The notes beneath the pieces are model-generated. The model did no database searches and was not told the origin of the DNA. It was given only the letters and a program-made list of their open reading frames with translations. Positions 13,386-26,409 of a stretch of 63,853 bases of DNA are shown piece by piece. Within the stretch, counting starts at the first letter, position 1. Every line of letters begins with the position of its first letter. The position numbers and the translations under genes are program-made. The DNA lies in assembly GCF_001194135.2 (NCBI RefSeq), contig NC_068987.1, positions 81,408,829 through 81,472,681 on the forward strand, written 5' to 3'. The DNA comes from Octopus bimaculoides (lineage: Eukaryota).

Positions 13386-13386
<1 letters not shown>

Positions 13387-13475
<89 letters not shown>
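13387..13475. repeat. Long (CA)n microsatellite, followed by (TA)n with gap 13590-13599
   Basis: Direct inspection. Confidence 0.95.
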
Positions 13476-13478
<3 letters not shown>

Positions 13479-13550
13479 TGAATAGGTGTATGTATATATG
13501 TGTGCGTGTGTGCATGCATCAATCTATGTAGATTGTGTGTGTGTATGTCA

Positions 13551-13589
<39 letters not shown>

Positions 13590-13599
13590 NNNNNNNNNN

Positions 13600-13641
<42 letters not shown>

Positions 13642-13877
13642 CAGACTTACTTGTATATATGAACACACGTAAATTTATGAATATATCTATATCTAGATAT
13701 GTGTATGTGTGTGTGTTTGCATTAAATTAATGTATGCTATTGGTACAGTCTTAGATCAAAACGCATGTGTCTATGCAGAGTCATAATGTGTATTCAAATG
13801 TGGTATGGCATTAATTGTAATATTTTGTCTCAGAGAAAACTCTTACAGAGATTTTTGTGTTAATATGACACGGCTTC

Positions 13878-13961
13878 ACTCAGAACGCCAATGAGTTGCC
13901 AGAGACATTGTTTTGATCTGATCTAGTCTCCTCAGTGATGAATAACCTGAACATTCTGAGC
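13878..13961 (-). ncRNA. Degenerate minimal type I hammerhead ribozyme motif (Penelope-like element type)
   Basis: Minus strand: CTGAGGA (13935-13929), stem II GAC/G(A)TC, AAAAC (consensus GAAAC), aat, GTC cleavage triplet (13906-13904); outer helix gctcagaatg/cgttctgagt. Inner stem I pairs poorly. Confidence 0.4.
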
Positions 13962-14007
13962 TAAGCTGTATGTATGTATAAGTGTGTGTGTGTATATTTT
14001 CGTACAC

Positions 14008-14050
<43 letters not shown>

Positions 14051-14145
14051 TGTGTATGTGTGTGTGTGTATGTGTGTGTATATATNNNNNNNNNNNNNNN
14101 NNNNNNNNNNNNNNNNNNNNNNNNNNNNNNNNNNNNNNNNNNNNN

Positions 14146-14176
<31 letters not shown>

Positions 14177-14454
14177 ACTGATGTGTTTTTGTCTTTTTCT
14201 TGGGTAAACTTTCAGATAAATAGAATATTTCTGTTTACCAGTTGTAGTCTTCTACGTTTCAATAATAGAGTCAGCACTTCTTAACTGACATGATCGTGTG
14301 ATAGTCAAAAGTTGGTGGGCCCTCCCCACCCCAGTCAAAATCAGTGCAAGTGTTTACGATAGGGAATACGTGAATGTGTTTTAATGAACTATTATTTTAT
14401 GCTTGCCATTTCATACTCTCAGTAATACATGAGTTGAAAGAAATGCACAATTTT

Positions 14455-14640
14455 TGGATAGTGTGGTTGTGAAATTTGCTTCTCAGCTATGTGGCTTCAT
14501 GTTCAGTCCCACTGTGTGGTATCTTAAATAAGTGTCTTTCAGGATAGCAACAGGTTAAACTAATGCCTTGTGAAGTAATTTGGTAGACAGAAGCTGTAAG
14601 AAACCCATCGTGTGTGTGTGTGTGTGTGTGGATGTGTGCA
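14455..14640 (+). mobile_element. SINE family A, 5' half, diverged
   Basis: gttcagtcccactgtgtgg...gccttgtgaag...tttggtagacagaagctg, then (TG)n. Confidence 0.7.
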
Positions 14641-15227
14641 TGTCAGTGAATGTTTATGAAACTAAGTTGATCTGACATCAATGTTTATATCTCAGTTATA
14701 AATGGTGGTATTGTTTGTGTTTGAACTGCAACTGGTAAAATTTGTCAACATTTTCTGCCAGTAAGCCGTCTGCCAGCTCTGTGCTTTTGGATTCCTCTGG
14801 AATAAAAATCCCTTACTTGAAAAAATGATGAGGCAAACCATAAAAATCTTGCCTCCAATTTACCCTCATCTAAGCCATGTTATGGAGAAAATAGATATCA
14901 AATAAAACAAACAATAGTGTTCATAATAACAATTTCTTGTGACAATTTCTTTCGTAAAGCTCCATTGGTATTCATTTGCATGTTGTAGATCTTCACTAAG
15001 CTTTACTTCCCCATCAACTCTATGACAAGTCAGTTGTGCTGAAGTAGGCTGTGATTTTACAGAATATTAACTCTGCTTTATGTGTTTGCTATTAATCATT
15101 CTAACTCTCATCTATTAACATTCGATACACTTGAGTAGTTGATAGCCATGCTTTGCTCACATTAATAAGGAATTTAATTAAGATATTCGATGGATCCAAC
15201 TTTAATAATGACATCATCACACTAGAT

Positions 15228-15844
15228 CAGTGGTTCTTAACAAGGGTCCATGTGATTCCTTGGGGGTCTATATAAGATTTTATTGTTAAAATTTATCTGC
15301 AATAAATTGGTTATACTTTTACAATGCACAATATATTTTAACAAGTTTTTAATGGTTGTGTGGTAAGTAGCTTGCTAACAAACCACATGGTTCCAGGTTC
15401 ATTCCCACTGCATGGCACCTTGGGCAAGTGTCTTCTACTATAGCCTCGGGCCGACCAAAGCCTTGTGAGTGGATTTGGTAGAGGAAACTGAAGCCCGTCG
15501 TATATATGTATATATATATATGTATGTGTGTATATGTTTGTGTGTCTGTGTTTGGCCCCCCCAACATCGCTTGACAATCGATGCTGGTGTGTTTACGTTC
15601 CCGTAACTAAGCAATTCAGCAAAAGAGACTGATAGAATAAGTACTAGGCTTACAAAGAATAAGTCCTGGGGTCGATTTGCTCGACTAAAGGCGGTGCTCT
15701 GGTATGGCCACAGTCAAATGACTGAAACAAGTAAAAGAGAGTAAAAGAGAATATTTAATTATAAAACATCAAACTACAAGGAAGGTAAATCTAGGTAAAA
15801 TAGAAATCAAAGAGGCCCATGGTTAAAAATGGTTGAGAAACACT
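15228..15844. mobile_element. hAT/Charlie-type MITE interrupted by a SINE
   Basis: TIR cagtggttcttaac ... ggttgagaaacact; flanks cactagat (15220-15227) and actagat (15845-15851) match the NTCTAGAN-like 8-bp hAT target. Confidence 0.7.
15353..15770 (+). mobile_element. SINE family A, well preserved, nested in the MITE
   Basis: Many CpGs retained; complete head, microsatellite and tail with gtaaaagaga x2 end. Confidence 0.92.
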
Positions 15845-16629
15845 ACTAGATGCTGGTCAGCACATTACTGTCAACTATATTATTTATTTCTTAATAGCTT
15901 CATTTTGTCAGAAACACTCTTTCTGTCATACATGCCACCTGATTTTGACAAAACAGATTCTTTCATTTTCCTGTGGAACTGGATATGAAGAAGTGCTGCA
16001 ATGTCTTGTTTTCACAATTCTTGTTTAATATGAAAAGGAAATGTTTTTAATGACAGTGTTGAGTCGAATGAACCCCAAAACAGGTGATTATGAAATGACA
16101 TTCAGAGCCAAACAACCACATCTGCACATATATTAAATGGTATATATTTCAAATAAATTATATATAACTTAAACAGTATATTGTTTTGCAGTATGAACCT
16201 CACATGCTTAACATTTCCATTTTGTATTCTTGTAAAGAATTTTTATTTTTATGATTCTGAAAAAAATTATTCAATTTGCATTTTTTAAAGAATTTCTTAC
16301 TAGCCTTCAAATTCTATAACTTCTCCATTTTTCATATTCCACTTTGCTTCAAAATTTTTTCCTGAATTGAATGTATTAAACGTTCAAGATTACAATCCTG
16401 CAAGGAAAAATTTAGTTTGTGAGTAGGGTTAAGGTTAGGGTATAGCAATTAGGATTAGAATTACATGGAGAAGGTATATAATTTTTAAAAAATTGGATTC
16501 AAGTATTTTACTTTCTTTTTACACCTAATTGTCATTTTGAATGTTTAAAACCACAAAAGTCAGAAAAACATTTCCAATAAATTTAAATTTGAGAAGTACG
16601 GTTGAATAGGATGCTTGTATGCTTTTGGC

Positions 16630-16632
<3 letters not shown>

Positions 16633-16690
<58 letters not shown>

Positions 16691-16718
16691 GGGGGGGAGG
16701 AGAAGGAGAGAGAGAGAG
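16633..16718. repeat. Compound (TA)n(GA)n(G)n microsatellite
   Basis: Direct inspection. Confidence 0.9.
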
Positions 16719-16863
16719 TCAACAGATGTGATTGAAAGAATCACAGAATAGAAAACACTTAGTAGTGTTCAAATGATTTGAACTTACACCTTGATATCTT
16801 TGCTGAGGACCAAATCAGCAGGATGAAGAGTGGCTGTAAGGGGATTGGATTTCCCTATATGTA

Positions 16864-16923
<60 letters not shown>

Positions 16924-19643
16924 TATCATAATCATTATTGGTATCATTTAACATCAGACTTTCATGCTGACATAGGTTGGATGGTTCGATAACATCTTAG
17001 GAAACAGGGGTGACTATGTCAAGCTCTAAAATCTGCTTTAGTAAGTTTTCTATGGTTGCATGACCTTCCCACACATTACATAGTATGATGGCTGCTTTTT
17101 TATGACACTAACACTTCTGATGTCATTAAGTAACTCATATGGTAAAGGAAATACTCCCTTGATTGAGTAGGGTTGTAGTAGAGAGGGAAGTGACTTTATG
17201 TTGGGTGTTGAGAGGCTAAAGTATGAGAGAAGAGCAGGCATGGGCCTCTTGATATAGAGATTACTTTGCATTATATAAAGGTGTATGTGAGTAGTTGGAA
17301 AAGAAAAGATAGTGGTAATGATGTATCAGAGCATATTCTCAAGACATAAGAAGATAAAGGATTAGGAAGAGTCAGCGAGTAAGTTCGTAAGAGAGTAGGA
17401 GGAGAGTGACAGATGGTTATATATAGGGGGAAAGGTAAATGTAGGGAAAGATAAACAAGGGTGGAAATGTGGGTTGATGTCAAATATTAGTATGAAAGGA
17501 AAGGTGAAAGAAATAGGAGTGGATCAGGAAGAAAGAGGTGATAAGTGGAAATACAAGAAGAGTGGAAAGCAAATGTGTTGTAAACTAAAGATAGATCAGA
17601 AAATAGAGGTATAATGTAGAAGACTGAAGAGGGAGTGAGAGAGAGAGGGTCAGGGAAATAGAGAGAGGGTCATAGAGAGAGAGAGAGAGAGAGAGTTGTA
17701 AAGTGACAAAGATGCAGGTCACTACTTCATCTCAGTTTTCCCAGATCTTTTTCTTTTACAAGTTCTACCCACTTTAAGCTGCCCTCATCCAAATTCATTA
17801 CACGACCATACTTTTCTCTTGTAAAAAACATGTCTAGTCAAGAGAAAATATTACCTTGCTTGCAAATAGGTGAGGGTTGTTGACAAGATGACCACTTGCG
17901 CATATAAAAATCTACCTCAACAAATTTATTCTAGCTTGTGCAACAAGGAAAATGGACTTAAATTGCTGATGAGTGGATAATCCATGAGTGTTGAGTTATT
18001 CTTAATCAAGACAAATATTTTATATTGACATTTGCTTTTTCAATATTTCTAATCAAAATAAATCCTTTTCCATTGATATTATGATAGACATTTAGCTTAG
18101 GATTCTGTTACATGTATATGCACTGTGTTTCAAGATTTTGATACGCAAAATTGATTTTTCAATTTATATAAGATGTAAAATGACACGATGTTTCATTCTA
18201 AACTGATTTTGTCAAGTTATATTTCAAACGATTTTTACTGCCATAGGTTATCAGCTGTAGGTCTAACCAATTAAATGTTAAAAATGAGATGGATATGAAG
18301 ACTACGTTATATTAAATATTAATATACTGATTAAAAGTGGGAAAATATTGTGGTATGATATTTAACTTGCATGTAAGGATCAAAACAAAAATGTTAGTGG
18401 CTAGTAAGAAGTATAAATAAAAAGAGCAAAGATGTTTATGTGACAGGGTTAAAATATGTGTAATGGATGAAATGACGGTAGAGATATTATGTTCATCATA
18501 CCATAATTCCTTCATACATCATATGTGGAAGTTTAAGTATTGCATTTTATTACTGATTCCATGAATAACAAATAGCATTTAATTTATTCTCTTGTGGTAA
18601 ATAATGAATACTAATGAGAAGAAAATTTAATTATGGAAATGATAAATAGATTTCATCATAGTTCAAGAATTTATCTTTAAATATTTAAAGTTAATTTAAC
18701 CTAAAAGCTAGTTAATTTTAGCGATTTATGAATTAACACAATGAATGCAAGAAGTATATTAATTTTTTTGAATAATACATCAAACTATGAATTTTGTCCC
18801 AAAGATAGTCCTGAAAATGTTTGTACTGTATGTGATTCATGTTAGTCGATTTATGTGAGTTAACAGATTCCAGATGCTAATCAATCAATTAATTAAGCCA
18901 GGCACTGCTCTCCCAAGTTAGGTGGAAGACAAAATGGGAATTTAAGTTGGCAGCAAATTTCTTGTATATCAACTGCTCTCATATCAAGAGATCTGATCAA
19001 AACACTGATCTTTGTCATTTAAACGGTAACAATAACTATTACACATTAAATGAGTGCATATTAATTAGTTTTAACAAGGCTAGGTTTTACAAGAAAGTGG
19101 CAAAGTTGACTGAATTAACTTCAGTATAATACTGGTATTAATTATATTAACTAATGGTAGATTAATATCAAATTCGACTTGCAGTGGAATTTATATCCAG
19201 AAAACTAAAATCTAGAAGAATGAAGACATGCCTATTAGCTTTTTGTCATATGATATTCAGTGATTGAAATTGCTAGCAGCTAAGCCCAGTTTCACCTGGT
19301 CAGTTTGGATGATGTGGCTGTAAAACCTGCTCTGTGTAAGCATTTGACTTGTTTGGGCACGCTTACGTTAGAAACAGTTTTAGAATGACTTTTTCTGTCA
19401 AAACACTAAAAATAACTAACCAACAAAAAAAAAAAAAACAGCCAAGATTCAACCAAATCAACAAATAAACCCAAATACTAAGTGAACAAAGATGAAACAT
19501 CCTACTTCCATTGTGCACACACAAACACACACACACACACATTCACATACTTCCCTTTTACATACACTCATATATTCACACAGAGTTGAAATGCTGTTTG
19601 ATTTATTTTTTCAGCGTACAATTTTCATCATCACACTACCAAG

Positions 19644-19847
19644 TATGACATCACCCCTTCCTTCCTTATTCATCTATCACCCCTTCCTTTCTGATTCATA
19701 AACACAAGAGTATTGTTATAGTAGATTATCTCGGTAACCATGGGAGATATGAAAAAATATGACATCACCCCTTCCTTTGTCATTCATAAACACAAGAGTA
19801 TTATTATAGTGGATTATCTCGGTAACCATGGGAGCTATGAAAAAATA
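19644..19847. repeat. 88-bp tandem duplication (two copies plus a partial third)
   Basis: Units start atcaccccttcc at 19676 and 19764, sharing ...attatctcggtaaccatgggag...; partial copy at 19644-19664. Confidence 0.92.
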
Positions 19848-21004
19848 CAAAGCCCAGCATCACCTACATTCTACACATCTGTGTAATTTTTCACACAATT
19901 CCACCCAGCCATTTGACCATGAATCCCAAGACAAGACTCGCCCATGTAAAATTTATATGTATAGATTATGTATAAACTACTATCAAAATAATACAATAAA
20001 AACTGAGGTCTAAAAAATATTTACCCTTGCAATTTCTGTTGTCATCAGCTGTATTAAAAACAGCCCCAGTTTCTTCTTCAGCCTGATCTGTAATTTTGAA
20101 TATACTCTATTTGAATGGATATCCTTAAATGTTGCTTTCTTCTTGCTTATTTTTTTTATTCCGAGGAATTTTTTGTGATGCTATTTCTTTTCACGAACTG
20201 CTTCCTTGCTTTAAAATGGATTGATGAGTCACCAATTAGCTCATTTATAATATTTTGTGTCTATTATTCCTAAACATTCATCTTCACTTGATGGATTGAA
20301 TTGGATGTAAAATAGTAAAATATCTTTCTATGCTTTTTTTTTATCATCATATACGAGATTTTGAGTGCTTAGGTTCAATGTTATTATTTCATCCCAAGCT
20401 ATTCATGCTTTTTAAAAATTTTTGCCAGCCTAATTGCATGTATTTTCAGCCATCAAATCATGGAGCCTTAGCAATTTTGTATATTTCATTTCCAGTACAA
20501 ATATTAATATACAGTCACTTTTACGGCATGCTTTAGTTTACATGTTAGAAATATTTTCACATTAATCAAGTCACATACTTCCCTCTGATGAAATTGAAGT
20601 TAACTTTGGCCATTTACCTTGACAATGAGTGAACAAAATGAAAAATATAAATAATGTTTGTGTCATTAAGTTATTGCTGGAATCAAGAATTTATTTTTTA
20701 AAGAAAATCAAAAATATAATGCCATTTGGAACTTGCTAGTTAGAAGCATATTCATAATTTTTATATTTTAATTTTAGTCAGAAGAAGGTGACCAATCTGT
20801 CGTCAAACATGACATTTTTGCAGAGGTTTCATTCCTTTGGGGGAAAATAGAGGAGATATTTACAACTCATGTGTTGCTAAAGTAGGAAATTGTAAATAAT
20901 GAGGTAACTAGATAACTCCCTTAGCTTGGAAATCTGTTGTGAAGTCCTGCACCAAGGATGAAATGGTGACGTTAAACCAAGTGACAAATTATGTTTGTCT
21001 CTCT

Positions 21005-21460
21005 CATTCCATCATCACCATGATCATCGTTTAACATCTGTTTTCCATGCTGGCATGGGAGCCAGTTAGTCAGCACTAGCATCAGCCACATTCAGATAGT
21101 GCTTTTTACGTGCCACCGGCACAGGAGCCAGTCGGGGCGGTGAGACTGGCATCAACCATGTTTGGATGGTGCTTTCTACGTACCACCGGCTCAGGGAGCC
21201 AGTCAGGCAGCACTGGCATCAACCCATACATGAGTCAGTCAGGCAGCACTGGCCACAACTACAATTTCCATTTTGATTTTGATTTGATAGAGATTCTGAT
21301 TGTGATTTTGACTTGGATTTTACTTGACTCAGTAGCTCTCCTCAAGCACGGTGTGTCGCCCCAATGACTCAAAGGTACTTTTTAAATGGGCTGGTTATGT
21401 GACACTAGTATAGGCTACGGCTGTAATCTCACTTTACCTGCTGGACCTTCTCAATCTACT
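21005..21460 (-). mobile_element. Repeat family C (retro-element 3' region with (GAT)n tail)
   Basis: catcatc...tttaacatctgttttccatgctggcatgg, cgtgccaccggcac motifs; reverse-complement match to 54180-54640 and 58761-59180. Confidence 0.75.
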
Positions 21461-21479
21461 CCTTAGAAAAAAGAAACAG

Positions 21480-21670
21480 ATGCAGCCCATTCAGTGGGCT
21501 TCTGTACAGTTTCACTTTATGTAGTTTCACTTTATGTAGTTTCACTTACAAAACTTGAATCAATCCAAGTTTGACGTAGAAGACACTAGCTGAAGGTGCC
21601 TATTGAAATGTAACTGGAACTATGCAATTATGAAGTGAACATTTTAACCATTCAGTAATGCCTGTACTCA
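21480..21670 (-). mobile_element. SINE family A 5' half, very diverged, with a short internal tandem repeat
   Basis: gtagaagacactagctgaaggtgcc; agtttcactttatgt repeated. Confidence 0.55.
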
Positions 21671-24239
21671 GATTTTCCAATTTATTCTGTTCCTAAGAAA
21701 GACAGCTTCTGTATAGTTAACAAAAAAGATTCACCATGTACTTTCCAGCTTTGGGACTAGTGGTAAGTGAGATATGTAAAGTTGCGTAAAAACTTCTTAT
21801 TCTATCAATATGCAAATGTTCAAGTTTGAAAGGAAAAAGAAACAAATATAAATTCCTGTAAGCAAGAAAGAGATTACAGAAGAGCTGAAATTATTCTTTA
21901 AATTCAATAAGAACACTTTATTTCCTAATGTTTGCTTTCTTTCATATACTAATTTGTGTTATTGTTAAAAATAATAAAAGGAAATGTTTTCAACTTAAAC
22001 AAATATTTTGCATTGCTTTTGTTTAAAGTATTCATCCATGCAATATTTAATTTTTTAAAACATTATGTAGTGTCCTTAATAAGAATAGAAAGTCTTTGTT
22101 TTTTTATCACCTTTAATATATTTCTCTTTGAAAACTATTTAGTGATTTATTAGCCTTTAAATATTCCACTCCACTGAACACAAATAACATTCAGACTAAT
22201 TTATTGAACATTNNNNNNNNNNTATATATATATATATATATATATTCACTTCATGCTCACCATTTGATACTTCTGCTAAATTTTACCCATTGTTACAAGA
22301 CATCTTCTTATCAGACTGTTTGCCACTCCTGCATAGTATTTATTTCAAAACAAAAGATTCTCAACATATTTTTTTTTATTAGAGAATTTTTTTTTTGCCT
22401 CAGAAATATTTTATCATGATATAAACAATATTTCTGATACATATGATTAGATATAGAAATTCAATAATTTTTTCTTTTATTTATTTTAACCATTTAAAAC
22501 TTTCTTTAATATTCAAATATTATATTGTAACCTATCTGAATTATTGAAATATATTTATTGTTTACAATATCTGAAATTATTTTTTAAGCATATTATAGTG
22601 TATTAAAAATCAATATTTAAATTGCTGTGTATAACTGTGCAGCATCAATAAAGTTTCTTTAAAATATTTTATTGTTAACTTTCAAGGTATAAAAATTTGT
22701 TAAAATAAACTGTCAGGTAACTAATTTTCTTTTTAGCAATGAAAACTTTAAATCATATTTCTAATTAATACATAATCATCAAAATGTGTGGAATTAAAAA
22801 ATATTTTGTGCAGTACATGAAGAAAGTGATTATGTTAATTCTTCATTAATTTTCCCTTCATCTAACTGTGATTTTCCAGTGTGAAATTACTTTCTCATAA
22901 TCTCAGATATCTTATGAATGAAGAATGTTTGTAAAATAATTTGAATATATGGAAATAACATTTTGAAATAAAAACAATATTTTAAAATCCTAATTTAAAC
23001 TGTTTTACTTTAGGAATTGAAATTATGTTTGTATACAAGTTTGGATCAAAGGTTGGTAATTTTCTTTGCATTTATTTTTTACAGTTATTTTCAACTATTA
23101 TTATTGTAAAATATATTAAAATAACTTTTATTGAGCATTTTGTTTTTCATATTTGCTATAACTTTAGAGTTGCTTTTCATAAAATTGGTTATAACAAATA
23201 ATATTATTTTATTACTTCAATATATCTAAAGTTATTAAATTTTATGATTTAACTATGTGTTTCATAACAACCTGGAATTTATCATTCTTTTTCATTGAAA
23301 TCCTTAAAAGGTTTTAATAACTGTTGTTAAGATACAAATAATATTCCGGACTATGTATTTGATTTCAAAAACAGCAGCACACTTTAACATACTTACTATT
23401 TCTTTAATTGTTATCTTCCAAGTTTTGATTTGAATAATTATTTATTTCTTAAACTTTCATCAAACATATTAATAACAATTTTGGGGTTGTACTTGTTAAG
23501 CAAGTTACTTGATTTAAGTTTGTATGTTCAAACTGAAGAAACAATTACAGTGTGGAGGAGTCAAAATAGCCTCTTAAAATTCAGTGTCTTCATGATAATA
23601 TTGGTTACTACATTGTGTCAAAAATATGACTTCCAATAGATTGTGTCAGTGGGGAAGGTGTAAATGTTTGACAAAACTTTTTGACACTTTATAGTATGCA
23701 ATACTATCGTAAAAGGAAACAAAAGTAAAGTAAATATAAACACATATATGTGTCTTAAATGACTATCTTTCATGATGTAATTGTATTAACAGTAAACAAG
23801 AAAAAAATATTGTTGACTTCTAAATTTAATACTAGAAAAAGACACTATTCTTTTCTGTTTATGCCAGTGGGGTTTGTGACAAAGAGTAAGCATAACTGTC
23901 TCTGTACTTGTATATAAGCTTTTATAAGAACATTCAGCAACTAATTCAACTACCAAACTAAAACTCAACATCAAATTATCAAACAAGGAAATAGCAAATA
24001 AATAAACCGTAGTAAAATAATAGCAGACATTTGTATTTAGCACAGATCAGACACTGAAACATGTATAGAATAACTAGTGTCACCAACAATGGTTGCACAC
24101 TTCTATGCATAGGAAATGCTCTTATCAGGCATTTCTTGAGAATCAGCATATTAAAAAAAGCATATTAAAATGACCAAAGCATTAAACAAAAGTTATGCAC
24201 TTTCTACTACGATCATGGTTTTGACCCACTTACATCAAA

Positions 24240-25100
24240 CAACAACATGGTAATTGGAAAATCTACTACATCAAAGGCCTTTGGGAAAGACAAAAGGCAA
24301 AATCTTATATCTAAATTAGGTTCTACAGGAACCACTGCACTCCTTAATATCTGCAACTACATGTACTGGCATTAGGTGTTTTCGCTCAATAAACACTCAC
24401 AATGCCCAGTCTGGGAATCGAAACCGCGATCCTATGACCGCGAGTCCGCTGCCCTAACCACTGGGCCATTGCGCCTCCACCAAGAATCCTAGATAGAACA
24501 ATTACTGACATCACTAACACATTCTGTCTTTAATTCATAGTAAAAGTTCAGCCCACTACACTCACCCACTCACGAATCATAAACCTAATACAGAAAATAC
24601 ATGATGACCTCGACAACAAAAACATGTCTTATGTACCATTCTAAACACCATTCACATCAATAAAATTGATGATAGCATTCCGTGGTAACCAGTTGTATAC
24701 AAGCACACACACAAAAAACCTCCACTTGAAACAATACAAAACATATTCTAGCAAATCGCTTGTCAGGTTGTGAAGTCTATCTGCAGTATAGGAGCAACAC
24801 TTCCAGAACTTGCAAGTTCTGAAGTGGAGAATGGAATACCAAAAGGGCTCATCCTCTCACCCACTCTTTTCAACCTCTACTTATATAATGTCATACTTAC
24901 TCAAAATCTGCAAATAGCCTCATATGCAGATGACATCATGCTTACATCCATCTACCATTCTCCAGTTATTGCTGTACAATTACTCTATTTCGATATAAAT
25001 CATCTTGAAACTTGGCTCAACAATAAACAGGCTTAAAGTAGCATTTATCAAATTCACTATCTCCAACTTTTTACCAGCAACCATAGATAACATTAAATAC
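24240..25100 (+). mobile_element. Decayed Jockey/I-like LINE RT
   Basis: ENGIPKGLILSPTLFNLYL...ASYADDIML (YADD at 24923-24934); upstream INKIDDSIPW resembles ISKAFDSV; interrupted by a SINE at 24372-24480. Confidence 0.8.
24372..24480 (-). mobile_element. SINE family E, head only
   Basis: Reverse complement gtggaggcgcaatggcccagtggttagggcagcggactcgcgg...gtttcgattcccag; matches the head of 45162-45544; CpGs intact. Confidence 0.88.
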
Positions 25101-25333
25101 AACCAACCATCACATTATCATCATCATCATCATCATCATTATCCAGTGTTTTAAATCTCGGTTGCCATCTTGCTCAGTTTTGAGTATCCTCCCTTCCCAA
25201 GCCAACCCTCCCAATCTCCCCCTTCACCTGTCCCCTACACGTTTTCCTCAGTCTACTTTGCTTTTGTGGTCCATTTGCCTCAAACTCAAGCACCCTCCTC
25301 AGCATGCTCCTCATACAACATCATATACATGTA

Positions 25334-25376
<43 letters not shown>

Positions 25377-26192
25377 GAAGAATAATAGAGAAAGTAAAAT
25401 GATGCACATACTTAGAGCAATCATCTTTGCCATATTTAGGCAGCAGAAAGAAATAACAGCAAAGATGTACAGACAATGCACGAGACAATGCCAAATTTAT
25501 ATTGGTCCCTAATATCTCTAGCAAACTGCAATAAACAACAAAGTATGCAAAACAGTGTAGTATGCACCATGAAAGTAGTACACAGACCACTTGCCTATAT
25601 AATAAACAAATAATACTGTAAATGAAAGATGACCAAGACATGCTAGGGATATTGATTGTCACGATAGTAAACTTGATATATCATGGTCTATGTCATTACA
25701 TTACAAGCCACTTCCAAAAAATTGGATGCTTATACAATATCCCAGAACATTACTTTAATATGCTGAGAACTCTTATTCTCCTACTCTGCTCAGACAATCA
25801 TTACAAAACATATATGCACAGAAATAGCTGCAGCATTATATGCAGTCATATGTTAAAGAGCATATGATTTATCAATGCATATCAGATTGTGCAGTGTATG
25901 CTGAGCTGTATGGAGACAGTAAAACTGGGAAGATTGATCTGTGGGTCACAACTCATCTTTCAGTCAGTTACCTGACTGACCTGACCATGTAGCTGCTGGT
26001 TAAAAGGTTTAATGTATTTTGCACCTCCTTACCTTTACTGAAGCCCTACCTGTTGTGCAATAAGCTACATGGTGATTTAAATTGACACCAAATATATCTA
26101 GTCTATTACAAGCAGTTTCTGTACTATTATGTGAACCACTCAGTTTAGTGAGGCCTTGAAACCAGTGCTTCATTACACCATAAATATTAATA

Positions 26193-26409
26193 CTGGTTTC
26201 AGATTTTGGCATAAGGTCAATAATTTCAGGGCAGTGGGTAAGCTGATTACATCAACCCCCAGTACTCAACTAATACTTATTTTATTGGCCCCAAAAGGAT
26301 GAAAGGCAAAGTAGACACCAGTAGCATTTGAACTCAGAACGTAAAGTCAGAAGAGAGGTCTCTAAGCATTTTTTCCAGGGTGGCAACAATTCTACTAGCT
26401 TACCACCTT
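26193..26409 (-). mobile_element. SINE family B with 17-bp TSD
   Basis: ccccaaaaggatgaaaggcaaag...tttgaactcagaac; TSD caccataaa(t/c)attaata at 26176-26192 and 26410-26426. Confidence 0.85.

Noticed and set aside
16420-16445. Telomere-like tagggttaaggttaggg
   Set aside because: Only two or three imperfect units, too short for an interstitial telomere; such words are common within interspersed repeats.
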